In this document: in pieces, positions 36,263 to 45,023 of the stretch
How the letters are laid out: each line of letters starts with the position of its first letter
Position numbering within the stretch: position 1 is the stretch's first letter
Virus record (IMG/VR): IMGVR_UViG_3300017700_000649
Span: 1-59,753 of that record
Source: a virus
Taxonomy: Duplodnaviria; Caudoviricetes
Length of the DNA: 59,753 nucleotides
Strand: one strand, 5' to 3'
Position numbers and translations under genes: made by a program
The notes under the pieces: model-generated
What the model was told of the DNA's origin: nothing
The model's database searches: none
Seen by the model: the letters and a program-made list of their open reading frames with translations, nothing else

Positions 36263-36849
36263 GACATTTCCATGCCAGCCGACAACGCTTTCATCGCCGC
36301 CGGCCCCGCGCGCCCTGCTTCCCGTTCCATTTCCGCAACAAGCCAGTCAGCCAGTTCCCGGTGCTCTTGCTTGAACTGCGACTTGAAGGCCACCTTTCCC
36401 GTGCCGCGGCAAACTTGGCAATCGTGGTCGCTGAAGGACTTGCTGCCCGGGATCAGCGTTTTGCCGTGGCCACCACACGCCCGGCACGTTCCGTTGCGAT
36501 GCCACGCCAAGCACGCGCAGGCCATGTCGTGTGCCGTGACGCGGCCGATCTTCACGCGCAGCTTCCATGACTGGGTGAACACCAGTTCAGCCAGGATGCG
36601 GACGATGTCGTGCGCCGCCCGGTTGTCGCCGGCGAACATACGCTCGAGTGGCACAGCCAGCGGGTGCTTGCTGCAATCCTCGCCGCGCTCGTTCTTCCCC
36701 GAACTTAGGCGCTTGTCGGCTATGCCCATGGCGCCCAGGATGTCCGTGTCGCCAGACTGCCCCTGCTCTTCCCGCTTGTTCAGCTCGCTGGTGTGCTTCA
36801 GGTTGCTGCTGTGCACGGCTGTCGCGTATCGGTCGGTGATCCTGGCCAT
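36259..36849 (-). CDS. Late antiterminator, Q-like
   Basis: CRACGGHG..CQVCRGTG zinc finger; lies before the late promoter. Confidence 0.75.
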   Translation of the reverse strand: MARITDRYATAVHSSNLKHTSELNKREEQGQSGDTDILGAMGIADKRLSSGKNERGEDCSKHPLAVPLERMFAGDNRAAHDIVRILAELVFTQSWKLRVKIGRVTAHDMACACLAWHRNGTCRACGGHGKTLIPGSKSFSDHDCQVCRGTGKVAFKSQFKQEHRELADWLVAEMEREAGRAGPAAMKALSAGMEMS

Positions 36850-36870
36850 AGTGTTCTTTCTTTGTTATCT

Positions 36871-36928
36871 GCTATCAAATTAGTAGCTACTGAGGCGCGT
36901 ATCTATTGGGCTGCCGGCATTTTTTGCT
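36871..36928 (+). repeat. 58-bp dispersed element, copy 3
   Basis: GCTAT-CAAATTA-GTAGC-N19-TGGGCT-GCCGGCATTTTT. Confidence 0.75.
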
Positions 36929-37595
36929 GTGTTTTCACCATCACTTCGTAGGCATCGGTCAGCCAGCCGATCGCGTGGTGCCCGTCGGCCTTGTCGGCGA
37001 AGCTGGTGCTGGGGTCGTTCTTCACCGCATGGATGAGTTCGGGTGTGAGTTGCAGCGGCATCTCAACCATTACCGGCGATCCCGTTGCCGGTTGCCAGGT
37101 TTTAGGGTCTGGCGTGCATGTCTCCGAGGACTCGCGCGAACCACGGGCAGCGATGGCGACTTCCGGCGTCTCGCTTATGCCAGCGCGCACGCGGCGCGTG
37201 TATTGACGCTTCTCTCGTGGCGGGTCCGTCTCTGGCTCTACGTCCACCGCATTGGCGTGATAGTCGACAGGCTCAGACGAGGGTGTTGGCGCTGGTGGCG
37301 ATGCGGCAGCCGGCTCCGACAGCAACGCCACGCCAGGAACCAATTTGTCCAGCCTGAACGCCTTCTTGTCGCCCATGCGCCAGGTCACTTCCAGTTCATT
37401 GTTCCGCATCTTCATCAGGCCGCCCCGCACGACAGCGAGTTGCAAGATGGCGTCCACGCTGTTGATCGGGCAGTTGGCTACCGCCGCGACGTCCTTGCGC
37501 ATCAACACCGCCTCTGGGTGTGCTACCAAAAATGTGAGCACCAGCCAAGGCATGGAGCCGGGCTTGGGGGTATAGAGTTCCACTGTTTCGGTCAT
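36903..37595 (-). CDS. Hypothetical protein, N-terminus winged-helix-like
   Basis: AGGAG RBS; YTPKPGS N-terminus; flanked by repeat copies 3 and 4. Confidence 0.7.
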   Translation of the reverse strand: MTETVELYTPKPGSMPWLVLTFLVAHPEAVLMRKDVAAVANCPINSVDAILQLAVVRGGLMKMRNNELEVTWRMGDKKAFRLDKLVPGVALLSEPAAASPPAPTPSSEPVDYHANAVDVEPETDPPREKRQYTRRVRAGISETPEVAIAARGSRESSETCTPDPKTWQPATGSPVMVEMPLQLTPELIHAVKNDPSTSFADKADGHHAIGWLTDAYEVMVKTQQKMPAAQ

Positions 37596-37597
37596 GT

Positions 37598-38122
37598 TCA
37601 CGCTCCTGAATTGATAGCTGCTTGCCCAATCACTGTCTGGGCTGGAGGCTGATTTGGCTCTGATTCGAGAAGGCACAAAGCCCAATGTGCCGCTTTCCTG
37701 TCGCGCGGCGTGTAGCTCATGTCCCCGACGATTCGGCGCCAGTCAAGAATCTGGCGGCCGTGCGCCACGTGAAACCATTCGCGCTTGACCTCGCGCAGCG
37801 TGGGGCCCTGGTCATAGGCGGTATGGCAGGCGAAACACCCGGCGGCGCTCATGTGGTCGTTTTGCTTGATCGCCATGCCCTTGCCTTCGTTCTGGTGGCA
37901 GGCCACTACCGTGGCGCGGTTGTCCGTGCAGATGCCCGGCAGGCGGAACAGGCAGGGCTTGCCGCGCGCCATGCTCAGGAGGTGCGGGTTGCGGTGTTCC
38001 TCGGGTTTTGGCTGCACCAGCGCCAGCGCATCGCAGCGGCTCACCACGCCCCGGCTTATGGGCTGGGGGTGGCTTACCGGTGGGCGCTGGTACACCGGGC
38101 GCTTGAAGCCGCTGTTTTTCAT
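37598..38122 (-). CDS. DUF1364-like nuclease-domain protein
   Basis: ARGKPCLFRLPGIC..TVVACH..GCFACH. Confidence 0.8.
   Translation of the reverse strand: MKNSGFKRPVYQRPPVSHPQPISRGVVSRCDALALVQPKPEEHRNPHLLSMARGKPCLFRLPGICTDNRATVVACHQNEGKGMAIKQNDHMSAAGCFACHTAYDQGPTLREVKREWFHVAHGRQILDWRRIVGDMSYTPRDRKAAHWALCLLESEPNQPPAQTVIGQAAINSGA
37602..37659 (+). repeat. 58-bp dispersed element, copy 4
   Basis: GCTCC-TGAATTG-ATAGC-N19-TGGGCT-GGAGGCTGATTT. Confidence 0.75.
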
Positions 38123-38124
38123 GC

Positions 38125-38517
38125 TTACAGCCGGATGGCGCCGTGAATGTCGCGCAGCCGCGACAGGTTCGCCTGAAAGCGTTCCTTCAATCGGATGATG
38201 TTGGCCTCCAGCGGGCAGCTGGCATCTTCCGTGACGGATTCACCCCCGTTCGGCCCCTCGCGCGGGTCGTAGTTCAGCGCTGGGCGCAGCGGATCAATGA
38301 TCGAATACAGCTCGTTCTGAAAGTCTTCGGCCAGCGATTCCAGTTGCAGCAACTGGTTTTCCACCGGAGTGACTGGTTTCGGTTGGGCGCCAGGCGCGGC
38401 CTGACTGCCGCGCGCCTGTTGCTCCGCATGCTTCATGGCGGACTGAGTAGCAATCTGGTCCCGCGCCCGGCCAGCGCTGCGGGTTTGTGTGGCGCGAGAA
38501 TTTGCAGTTTTATTCAT
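38125..38517 (-). CDS. Hypothetical protein
   Basis: Packed ORF in the nin-like region. Confidence 0.7.
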   Translation of the reverse strand: MNKTANSRATQTRSAGRARDQIATQSAMKHAEQQARGSQAAPGAQPKPVTPVENQLLQLESLAEDFQNELYSIIDPLRPALNYDPREGPNGGESVTEDASCPLEANIIRLKERFQANLSRLRDIHGAIRL

Positions 38518-38570
38518 GGCTCTCTTTCAAAGTAAAGCGGCTGTAGGTGCGCAGCCGCGACGCTGGGGGA

Positions 38571-38945
38571 TCACAGCCAGCGAATCGCGGCGTAGTTGAT
38601 ACAGAGGTGCAACGTGTTGTCCGCGATGATCAGCAACCACACGGCCAGCCATGGCGGCGCATCCGGTGGATAGCCAGTGGCGGAACAATCAGCCCACTTC
38701 AGACTGCGGTTCGTCATCCAGTTCTTGGCGAACACCACGTACCGGGCCAGGCCCAGGTGGTCAATCCAGAGGTGCGTCACGACGATGACGAACAGCGCCC
38801 AGTGAGACTGCGTCAGCAGCAGGAACGGCAGGCCGTAAACCACTGCGTGGACGAGCGCTGCGTTCACGCTGCTGCGCTTGTTCCGCGCCATCCAGTCGGT
38901 CTGGGTGATGTAGTCACCGATGAGGTGCAAGAGGATCTGTTCCAT
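38571..38945 (-). CDS. DUF3307 membrane protein
   Basis: HLIGDYITQTDWMA..HAVVY..HLWID..DNTLH. Confidence 0.85.
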   Translation of the reverse strand: MEQILLHLIGDYITQTDWMARNKRSSVNAALVHAVVYGLPFLLLTQSHWALFVIVVTHLWIDHLGLARYVVFAKNWMTNRSLKWADCSATGYPPDAPPWLAVWLLIIADNTLHLCINYAAIRWL

Positions 38946-38947
38946 GG

Positions 38948-39409
38948 TCAGGCCTTGTTCCAGGGTTTGAAAGCATCCAGCGTTTCGATGGCTGGCCATG
39001 TCCCGGTGAAGGTCAGCGCGCGGTCGTCGAGCGTCACCTTGGCCGGCGGCTTGAACCACGGCCACTTGATCTCGTCCACCACCAGCTTCGCGGCCCATAG
39101 CACCTCGTCGTTCCACGGGTCGGCAAAAGCGCTCTTGCAAATCTGGTTTCGCCACCAGGCGGGCGTGGTTGCGTAATCGCCGGTATCGGCGGCCACCAGG
39201 TGCTTGATGAGCCAGCGCTTCATGGCGCGCTTGCCGCCCCACTGGTGCGACCGGCTGGAGAAAATCGCTACCTCGTAGGTGTCCAGGGCCTTGACAATGA
39301 ACTCCAGCGAACCCGGGACTGGCGGGTCAGGGATGACGGCAGCGCCCTTCCAGCCGCTGGTGTAGCTGTGCAGCACGCCATCGAAGTCAAGGCACAAGAT
39401 TGGTTTCAT
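38948..39409 (-). CDS. HAD-superfamily hydrolase
   Basis: LDFDGVLHSY, IFSSR, KPPA..LDDRA. Confidence 0.85.
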   Translation of the reverse strand: MKPILCLDFDGVLHSYTSGWKGAAVIPDPPVPGSLEFIVKALDTYEVAIFSSRSHQWGGKRAMKRWLIKHLVAADTGDYATTPAWWRNQICKSAFADPWNDEVLWAAKLVVDEIKWPWFKPPAKVTLDDRALTFTGTWPAIETLDAFKPWNKA

Positions 39410-39858
39410 TGGCTGTCTCCATTTCCGGCCAAAGGCTGGGCCGTTTCAGCAGGGTGAGGGGTAGCTGGGCGAAGGAATCGGTCCCAGGCAAGGGCTGCCA
39501 TAAAGGTCTTGCTGGTACCCATGGCAGTGCGGATGTTGTGCATATGCGCTTCAACAGTTTTCGGGCAGACGTAAAGGGCGGCCGCGATTTCTTTGTTGGT
39601 GCAGCCCTCAATGAGCTTGCCCATGACGGCGCACTCTGCGGCGCTCAGGCCCCACGGGTTGGGGGTCGCAGTAAAGCGGGATTTCCGCGTCCTGGCAGCG
39701 GAGCGCGGTGCGGCACCGGTGTCCACCTTCTTTACTGGCTTTTCAGTGCGGCGCGGCGCCTTTGCATTGATCCGGTGGATGACGGTTTTCGGCTCGGCCT
39801 TTACCGGTTCGCTCGGGAGGCATTGCAGCTGGCCGAGGCCTTGGAATGGGTTGTTCAC
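39406..39858 (-). CDS. LuxR-type HTH regulator
   Basis: LSAAE..GCTNKEIAAALYVCPKTVEAH. Confidence 0.85.
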   Translation of the reverse strand: MNNPFQGLGQLQCLPSEPVKAEPKTVIHRINAKAPRRTEKPVKKVDTGAAPRSAARTRKSRFTATPNPWGLSAAECAVMGKLIEGCTNKEIAAALYVCPKTVEAHMHNIRTAMGTSKTFMAALAWDRFLRPATPHPAETAQPLAGNGDSQ

Positions 39859-40397
39859 GGCTGCGCCTCCGCAAGCGATGGGGGTTGCAAAATTTCGCCC
39901 GTGTCCTGGTCGACCGTCTCAAACTTCTTCTGCCGGCGCTGGGGTCGCAGGTGCGGCGGCATGGGTTCGGACACCACCACGCCGAGCTCGTCGGCCGCGA
40001 TGGCAATTACCTCGTCGATGTACTGGGCCAGCCGACGCACGCCCAGGTCTTCGGTGCTGACCCGCACGCGGCGGCGCGACTTCTTCCCGGTGATGGGGTT
40101 CACTGAGGTCAGGCGCCGGTCCGGCAGCAGGCGCTCACGGAAATATTCCTTCCAGACTTTCATGGGGAAAGGCGCGCCGCCGTTGGCTCGGCCATACAGG
40201 CTGATTTCGGTGAGCACCACGCCGTGCAGATATCCGCGCTGGGCTTCCGTGATGGCGTCGTCCAGCAGGCGGAACTCGGCCACCAGCGGGCGGCCCTGGT
40301 GCAGTTGTTCCCCGACCCATGGCAGGGCTCGCTTGAGCAGCACCTCGCGGCCCTGCTCGGGGTTGTGCAGCTCGACGCGCATGAGGATTTCGCTCAT
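39855..40397 (-). CDS. NinB-like protein
   Basis: TEAQRGYLHGVVL..WKEYF..STEDL..YIDEVIA. Confidence 0.7.
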   Translation of the reverse strand: MSEILMRVELHNPEQGREVLLKRALPWVGEQLHQGRPLVAEFRLLDDAITEAQRGYLHGVVLTEISLYGRANGGAPFPMKVWKEYFRERLLPDRRLTSVNPITGKKSRRRVRVSTEDLGVRRLAQYIDEVIAIAADELGVVVSEPMPPHLRPQRRQKKFETVDQDTGEILQPPSLAEAQP

Positions 40398-40816
40398 CAG
40401 AGCCTCACCCAGTCCACACCCATGCCGGTGTTGACGTTCAGCCTGGAAGCGATGCGCACCGCCTGCACTGCTGTTGCGCCTGCCAGCATTGCGCCCAGTG
40501 CATAGTCAGCGCCCGAACCAAGCGCCCATTGGTTCGTTCCCTTCAGCTCCCATGTCAAGTCATGGTCCGCCACCCAGACCCTGCGCCGCTGGTCAATGGC
40601 GATGATCCCGAAGTCATTGAACGTCGGTTTGCCGCACTCGCCATTCACCCAGCGGGTGAATGCCTGGCACTGTCCCGTGTGACCGGCGCAGGCGTAAAGA
40701 AACACGCTCCCTTCGCGCTTGGCTTTGAATACCTTATGGGTGCGCGTCGGCGTGCCGCAGCTCGTGGTCTGGCGGTCAGCAGCCAGGGTTGTCCCGTCCC
40801 AAGCCACTGTGGTCAT
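40397..40816 (-). CDS. HslV/proteasome-beta-like Ntn hydrolase
   Basis: MTTVAWDG.TLAAD, ALGSG..ALGAM..A..AV. Confidence 0.8.
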   Translation of the reverse strand: MTTVAWDGTTLAADRQTTSCGTPTRTHKVFKAKREGSVFLYACAGHTGQCQAFTRWVNGECGKPTFNDFGIIAIDQRRRVWVADHDLTWELKGTNQWALGSGADYALGAMLAGATAVQAVRIASRLNVNTGMGVDWVRL

Positions 40817-40983
40817 GACGGCTTCCTCTCGCCAGTCTCAAAGGCTTCCCGGCCATCCATGCTGGTGTGCACGAACACGTTGGGGAGCTCTTCGCTCTGG
40901 ATAGGCTTGCACCAGCACTCGGCGGTGGGCTCGTGCTCGCGCAGGTCGCCAGCGGGCATGGCGTGGTAGAGATCGGCACTCAT
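40813..40983 (-). CDS. 56-aa His/Cys protein (absent from the ORF track)
   Basis: YHAMPAGDLREH..CWCKP..FVHTSMDGRE; overlaps both neighbours. Confidence 0.7.
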   Translation of the reverse strand: MSADLYHAMPAGDLREHEPTAECWCKPIQSEELPNVFVHTSMDGREAFETGERKPS

Positions 40984-41243
40984 CACCGGTTCCTGTCGTA
41001 CTTGTGGGTATTGCAGTTGTGGACTTCAAAGCCCAGGCCGCGCAGGAACCTGCCGACCATTCCGATGGGAGCGCCGCAGGCTTGGCACTGCCAGTACTCA
41101 TACACGGGCGCCGGTTCAGGCTCTGGTCGCGGCACCCACACCCCTCCGGCTGGCATTGGCCAGTCTCGTGTTGCGCATTCCCCGTCCAGCAATTTGGGCT
41201 GGTCGACGTCGCTGTGCTGGAGCTCGAAGTTGGCGGGGTTCAT
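40983..41243 (-). CDS. Hypothetical zinc-ribbon protein
   Basis: CQACG..HNC. Confidence 0.65.
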   Translation of the reverse strand: MNPANFELQHSDVDQPKLLDGECATRDWPMPAGGVWVPRPEPEPAPVYEYWQCQACGAPIGMVGRFLRGLGFEVHNCNTHKYDRNR

Positions 41244-41818
41244 AGTTCAATTCCCTCGGTGACTTCCACCGTCGCAGGCTTCGGCAACTGGGCGGCTTTG
41301 TGATTGAAGCGCTCGGTCCGCATGTTCCAGTACCGGTAGTACATGCTGAGCAGCCACTTCGACATGACTTCCGGCGGCAGCTTTTCCTTGCCGATGCGCT
41401 TGGGCGCGCGGGCTACGATGAGGCGCGGAAAGTCCGGGCAGAGCACGCCGCCGACGCGAATAAAGCCCTGCTTGACGTGCCAGATGCCAGCCACCTCCGG
41501 CACCCAGGATGGGATGCCAAGCTCAACCGGTACCACGTAGATGAACCGGGTGATCCACTTCGGGAACGCCTCGCCCGTCCACTTCGGTTTCTGCAGGTCC
41601 ACGCGCCAGTCGGCCAGGCTCACCTTGACCTCGAGCTCGGTGGCGTAGTTCGAGTCGCTGACCATCATGAAATCCGCGAAGTAGTCGCCGAAGCGCTCGT
41701 AGCTCCTGCCGCCCCAGCCTTCGGCCATCCCCTTGGAATACCGGACGGAGGCCTCGGGTATCAAGGTGACGCCCGCCGTGTGGCGCCGGATTGCGGTCTC
41801 GACCTGCAGGGCGTTCAT
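41240..41818 (-). CDS. PD-(D/E)XK, MmcB-like nuclease
   Basis: ADFM..ELEVKVSLADWRVD..K. Confidence 0.7.
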   Translation of the reverse strand: MNALQVETAIRRHTAGVTLIPEASVRYSKGMAEGWGGRSYERFGDYFADFMMVSDSNYATELEVKVSLADWRVDLQKPKWTGEAFPKWITRFIYVVPVELGIPSWVPEVAGIWHVKQGFIRVGGVLCPDFPRLIVARAPKRIGKEKLPPEVMSKWLLSMYYRYWNMRTERFNHKAAQLPKPATVEVTEGIEL

Positions 41819-42168
41819 GCTGCTTGTCTTTCCTCGCGCACCAGATAGACCACCTGCATGTCCAGCGCGCGGGCAATGTGGTGCTCAAGGCTTGCGCCCT
41901 TGCTGCGCTCCCAGCCGGGCATCATCAGGATGCCTTCGCACTTGAGCAGCGCGGGAATGTCCTTTCGCATGCATTTGCGCCAATGAGCTTTCAGCTGCTC
42001 GTCCGTCATCGCCTCGCATGCAACGAGTTCAGCAGCACCACCGTTGATTTCGGCAGGATTGGTGATCTTGTGGCCCAGCGAGCGGTAGTAGGCGGCTTCG
42101 CGGTGGAAGGCCGGGAAGTTGAGTTCGGGATATCCGCTCATGGGCCCAGCCAGATAAAAATGGGTCAT
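41815..42168 (-). CDS. DUF4406 protein
   Basis: YLAGPMSGYPELNFPAF..NPAE..GWERSKGASLE. Confidence 0.9.
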   Translation of the reverse strand: MTHFYLAGPMSGYPELNFPAFHREAAYYRSLGHKITNPAEINGGAAELVACEAMTDEQLKAHWRKCMRKDIPALLKCEGILMMPGWERSKGASLEHHIARALDMQVVYLVREERQAA

Positions 42169-42635
42169 GCTGCCCCCAGAAGGCTGGGCTGCGCAGCGCC
42201 GGCGCGCACGTAGGGCGTCAACGTCACCACCACCCGGGCCTCGCCGTCGTCCGGCTCCATGCGCTTTAGGTGGATGTCGTGCAGCAGCTTGTCGTCGCCG
42301 AACAGCACGTCCTTCAGGGCGTCGCTCAGCACCTTCTCAGCGTTGCCCAGGTCGATGCACTGCACGCCGTTGTCCCACTGGTCGCCCAGGAGGCGCATGC
42401 GCTTCTGGTAGTCCAGCGGCCGGTGCGGGTACAGCTCAATGACCACCGCCACCCTGCCCTCGATCTTCTTGGCGCCCGCGGCCTTGGCCAGCCAGCCCAC
42501 GGATTCCTTGTACTGCTTGGCCTCGGGCGTCACGTAGGTCATCGCCTGCGCGCGATTCGAGCCGCGCGGCGTGATGACACGGGTCGCCCAGTACCGATTG
42601 GCCGAGGGCGGATATGGCAGCGTCAGGCGAATCAT
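42165..42635 (-). CDS. rusA: RusA Holliday junction resolvase
   Basis: LPYPPSANRYW..DLGNAEKVLSDAL..DD. Confidence 0.9.
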   Translation of the reverse strand: MIRLTLPYPPSANRYWATRVITPRGSNRAQAMTYVTPEAKQYKESVGWLAKAAGAKKIEGRVAVVIELYPHRPLDYQKRMRLLGDQWDNGVQCIDLGNAEKVLSDALKDVLFGDDKLLHDIHLKRMEPDDGEARVVVTLTPYVRAGAAQPSLLGAA

Positions 42636-42637
42636 GA

Positions 42638-43309
42638 TCAGTGCACCGCTGCGCCGGCGCCGTCTTCGCCACCGTTGATGAACACGTCTTCCGCCGTCAG
42701 CGGCAGCGTCTCGTTGTCCACCGGGAACGGGTTTTCCATCGGTTTCTCGTCCGGCGCGGTCTCAATCGTTTCGACGGCCGGAGGAATCAGCTGGATGGAG
42801 ATGAGGTCCTGCTCGAGCTGCGCCAGCTTGCCGATGGTGTCGCCATCCAGGCGGTCGCCGCTGTATTGCACCTGCCACGACAGGCGAACCGTGCCGCCCT
42901 CCTTCGTGACGATCTTGCGGTCCACCACCTTGCAGCAGTCGAAAACCATGTTGCTCTGCTCGTCGCCCAGGCCGTACTCGATCAGCAGTTCAAAGCCGGC
43001 CAACTTGTTCTTTTTCTCGTCCAGCGCGAACTTGCCGCCGTTGAGGCGCGGGAAGCGCAGGTTCGGCAGAACGTCGTCCACGCCTTCGAGCTGGTCCTGG
43101 CCCTGCTCGGCTGCGGCGTTCCAGTAGAGCGCCTGGCGCAGGCCTGGGGCGATCTTGTCCAGCAGTGTGTTGGGCACGTCCACCGCCATGTTCAAGTCGC
43201 AGGCCTGCACCAGGTCGGGGCCGTGGTTTTCCTTGCGGAATTGCACGTGCGTCAGGGTGACGTCCGTGGGCTCGCGGAACTCGAAAACTGCTTTTGCTGC
43301 TGGGGTCAT
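42638..43309 (-). CDS. Conserved phage hypothetical protein
   Basis: RKENHG..LRQALY..EGGTV; GGAG RBS. Confidence 0.75.
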   Translation of the reverse strand: MTPAAKAVFEFREPTDVTLTHVQFRKENHGPDLVQACDLNMAVDVPNTLLDKIAPGLRQALYWNAAAEQGQDQLEGVDDVLPNLRFPRLNGGKFALDEKKNKLAGFELLIEYGLGDEQSNMVFDCCKVVDRKIVTKEGGTVRLSWQVQYSGDRLDGDTIGKLAQLEQDLISIQLIPPAVETIETAPDEKPMENPFPVDNETLPLTAEDVFINGGEDGAGAAVH

Positions 43310-43365
43310 GGTTTGCTCCTGTGGTTAAAAGTTCGTCTCTGGAAAATCGAATGCCTGCACTACGG

Positions 43366-43590
43366 TCAGGCGGGTGATTGCTGGTCGGTTACCGGTGCCT
43401 TTGGTGACGATGTAGCCACCGGCGAGACGGCCAGTGCTTCCGCAACACACCGTGGGAAGTCCGCGAACTGCGGGTCCTTTGCCAGCTCCTTGAGCCGTTC
43501 CCGGGTGTATTGGCCCCAGCCAGGTAGCTGGGCCAGCCGGATGTAGTGCTGCAGCAGGTTGCGGCGCAGCGCGGTGTAGTCGGTTGTCAT
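43366..43590 (-). CDS. Hypothetical protein
   Basis: Starts 2 nt after the dnaB stop. Confidence 0.55.
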   Translation of the reverse strand: MTTDYTALRRNLLQHYIRLAQLPGWGQYTRERLKELAKDPQFADFPRCVAEALAVSPVATSSPKAPVTDQQSPA

Positions 43591-43592
43591 CT

Positions 43593-45023
43593 TTAGACGT
43601 CATCGGTGTAGGGCAACCGGGTGCGCGCCGGCGGCAGTTTGAAGTCGTCGCGCATGTAGCCCGGGGCGAGGCTTTCGAAGCGCGTGAGGTGGTTCAGGAA
43701 CGCCAGCTTCACCGTGCCGGTGGGCCCGCTGCGCTGCTTGCTGATGATGATTTCTGCTACGCCAGGCTCGCGGCACTGGTCTTTGGTGTAGTACTCATCG
43801 CGGTAGATGAACATGATCACGTCTGCGTCCTGCTCGATGGCGCCGGACTCGCGCAGGTCGCTCATCATTGGCCGCTTGTCGGTGCGCGATTCGACGGCGC
43901 GGTTGAGCTGGGACAGGGCAATGACCGGGCACTGCAGCTCTTTGGCCAGCAACTTCAGGCCGCGGGAGATTTCGCCCACGGCAGTGGCGCGGTTCTCTTC
44001 GCTCATGCTGCTGGACACGCTCATAAGCTGGATGTAGTCGACCACCACCAGGCCCAACTTGCCGCCGCACTGGCGCTTCAGGCGGCGAGCGTTCGCGCGT
44101 AGTTCGCTGATGGTCAAGCCGCCGGTTTCGTCGATGTAGAGCGGCATCGTGCGCAGCGTCTCGACGGCGGCCGTGACTCGCGGCCACTCGTCCTGGTTCA
44201 GCTTTCCGGTACGCAGGCCGGTCTGGTTGATGCGGCCGATGGACCCGATGATCCGGGTCGTCAGCTGCCCGGCGCCCATTTCCATCGAGAACACGGCAAC
44301 CGGCAGGCCCTCCAGTAAAGCTACGTGTTCGGCGATGTTGATCGCCAGAGCGGTCTTGCCCATGGAAGGCCGGGCGGCCAGGATGATCAGGTCGCCGGCC
44401 TGCATGCCTGTGGTGATGCGGTCAAGGTCGTGAAAGCCGGTAGGCGTGCCGGGCAGCTGCTCGGGGTTCTCGGACAGCTCGGTGACACGGTCGAGGAACT
44501 GAACGGCCAGCGCGTCCACGCACTGGAAGCCCTGACGCATGCGAGATCCAGCCTCACCAATTGCCAGCAGACGCTGCTCGGCGTCGTCCAGGATGACCGA
44601 TACCGTCTTACCCATGGGGTTGAAGGCGGCCGTCGCTGTTTCATCGGAGGCTGACACCAGCTGGCGCAGGATGCTGCTTTCCCGAACGATTTCGGCATAG
44701 CGGCGGATGTTCGCGGCGCTGGGCACGTACTGGGCCAACGAATTCAGGTAGCTCAGGCCGCCAATCTCAGCGGCCTTCCCAAGGTTGTCGAGGTAGGTGT
44801 AGACCGTGAGCATGTCCGCCGGCTTTGCGGCATTGATCAGCGCGCCAATGGCGGCATAAACGATTTTGTTCTCGGTGCGGTAGAAGTCCTGGTCTACCAG
44901 CATGTCGCCGACACGGTCCCAAGCATCGTTGTCCAGCAGCAGCCCGCCCAGCACGCTGGTTTCGGCTTCGACGTTGTGCGGCGGCACGCGCAGCTGAGCG
45001 ATTTGGCGATCAGGTTGCGTCAT
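43593..45023 (-). CDS. dnaB: Replicative DNA helicase
   Basis: AARPSMGKT, VDYIQLM, LSQLNR, DLRESGAIEQDAD. Confidence 0.97.
   Translation of the reverse strand: MTQPDRQIAQLRVPPHNVEAETSVLGGLLLDNDAWDRVGDMLVDQDFYRTENKIVYAAIGALINAAKPADMLTVYTYLDNLGKAAEIGGLSYLNSLAQYVPSAANIRRYAEIVRESSILRQLVSASDETATAAFNPMGKTVSVILDDAEQRLLAIGEAGSRMRQGFQCVDALAVQFLDRVTELSENPEQLPGTPTGFHDLDRITTGMQAGDLIILAARPSMGKTALAINIAEHVALLEGLPVAVFSMEMGAGQLTTRIIGSIGRINQTGLRTGKLNQDEWPRVTAAVETLRTMPLYIDETGGLTISELRANARRLKRQCGGKLGLVVVDYIQLMSVSSSMSEENRATAVGEISRGLKLLAKELQCPVIALSQLNRAVESRTDKRPMMSDLRESGAIEQDADVIMFIYRDEYYTKDQCREPGVAEIIISKQRSGPTGTVKLAFLNHLTRFESLAPGYMRDDFKLPPARTRLPYTDDV

Noticed and set aside
37522-37566. Possible fifth copy of the 58-bp element
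   Set aside because: Spacer is 8 rather than 7 and the GGC/TTT tail is missing, although the N19-CGGGCT spacing fits
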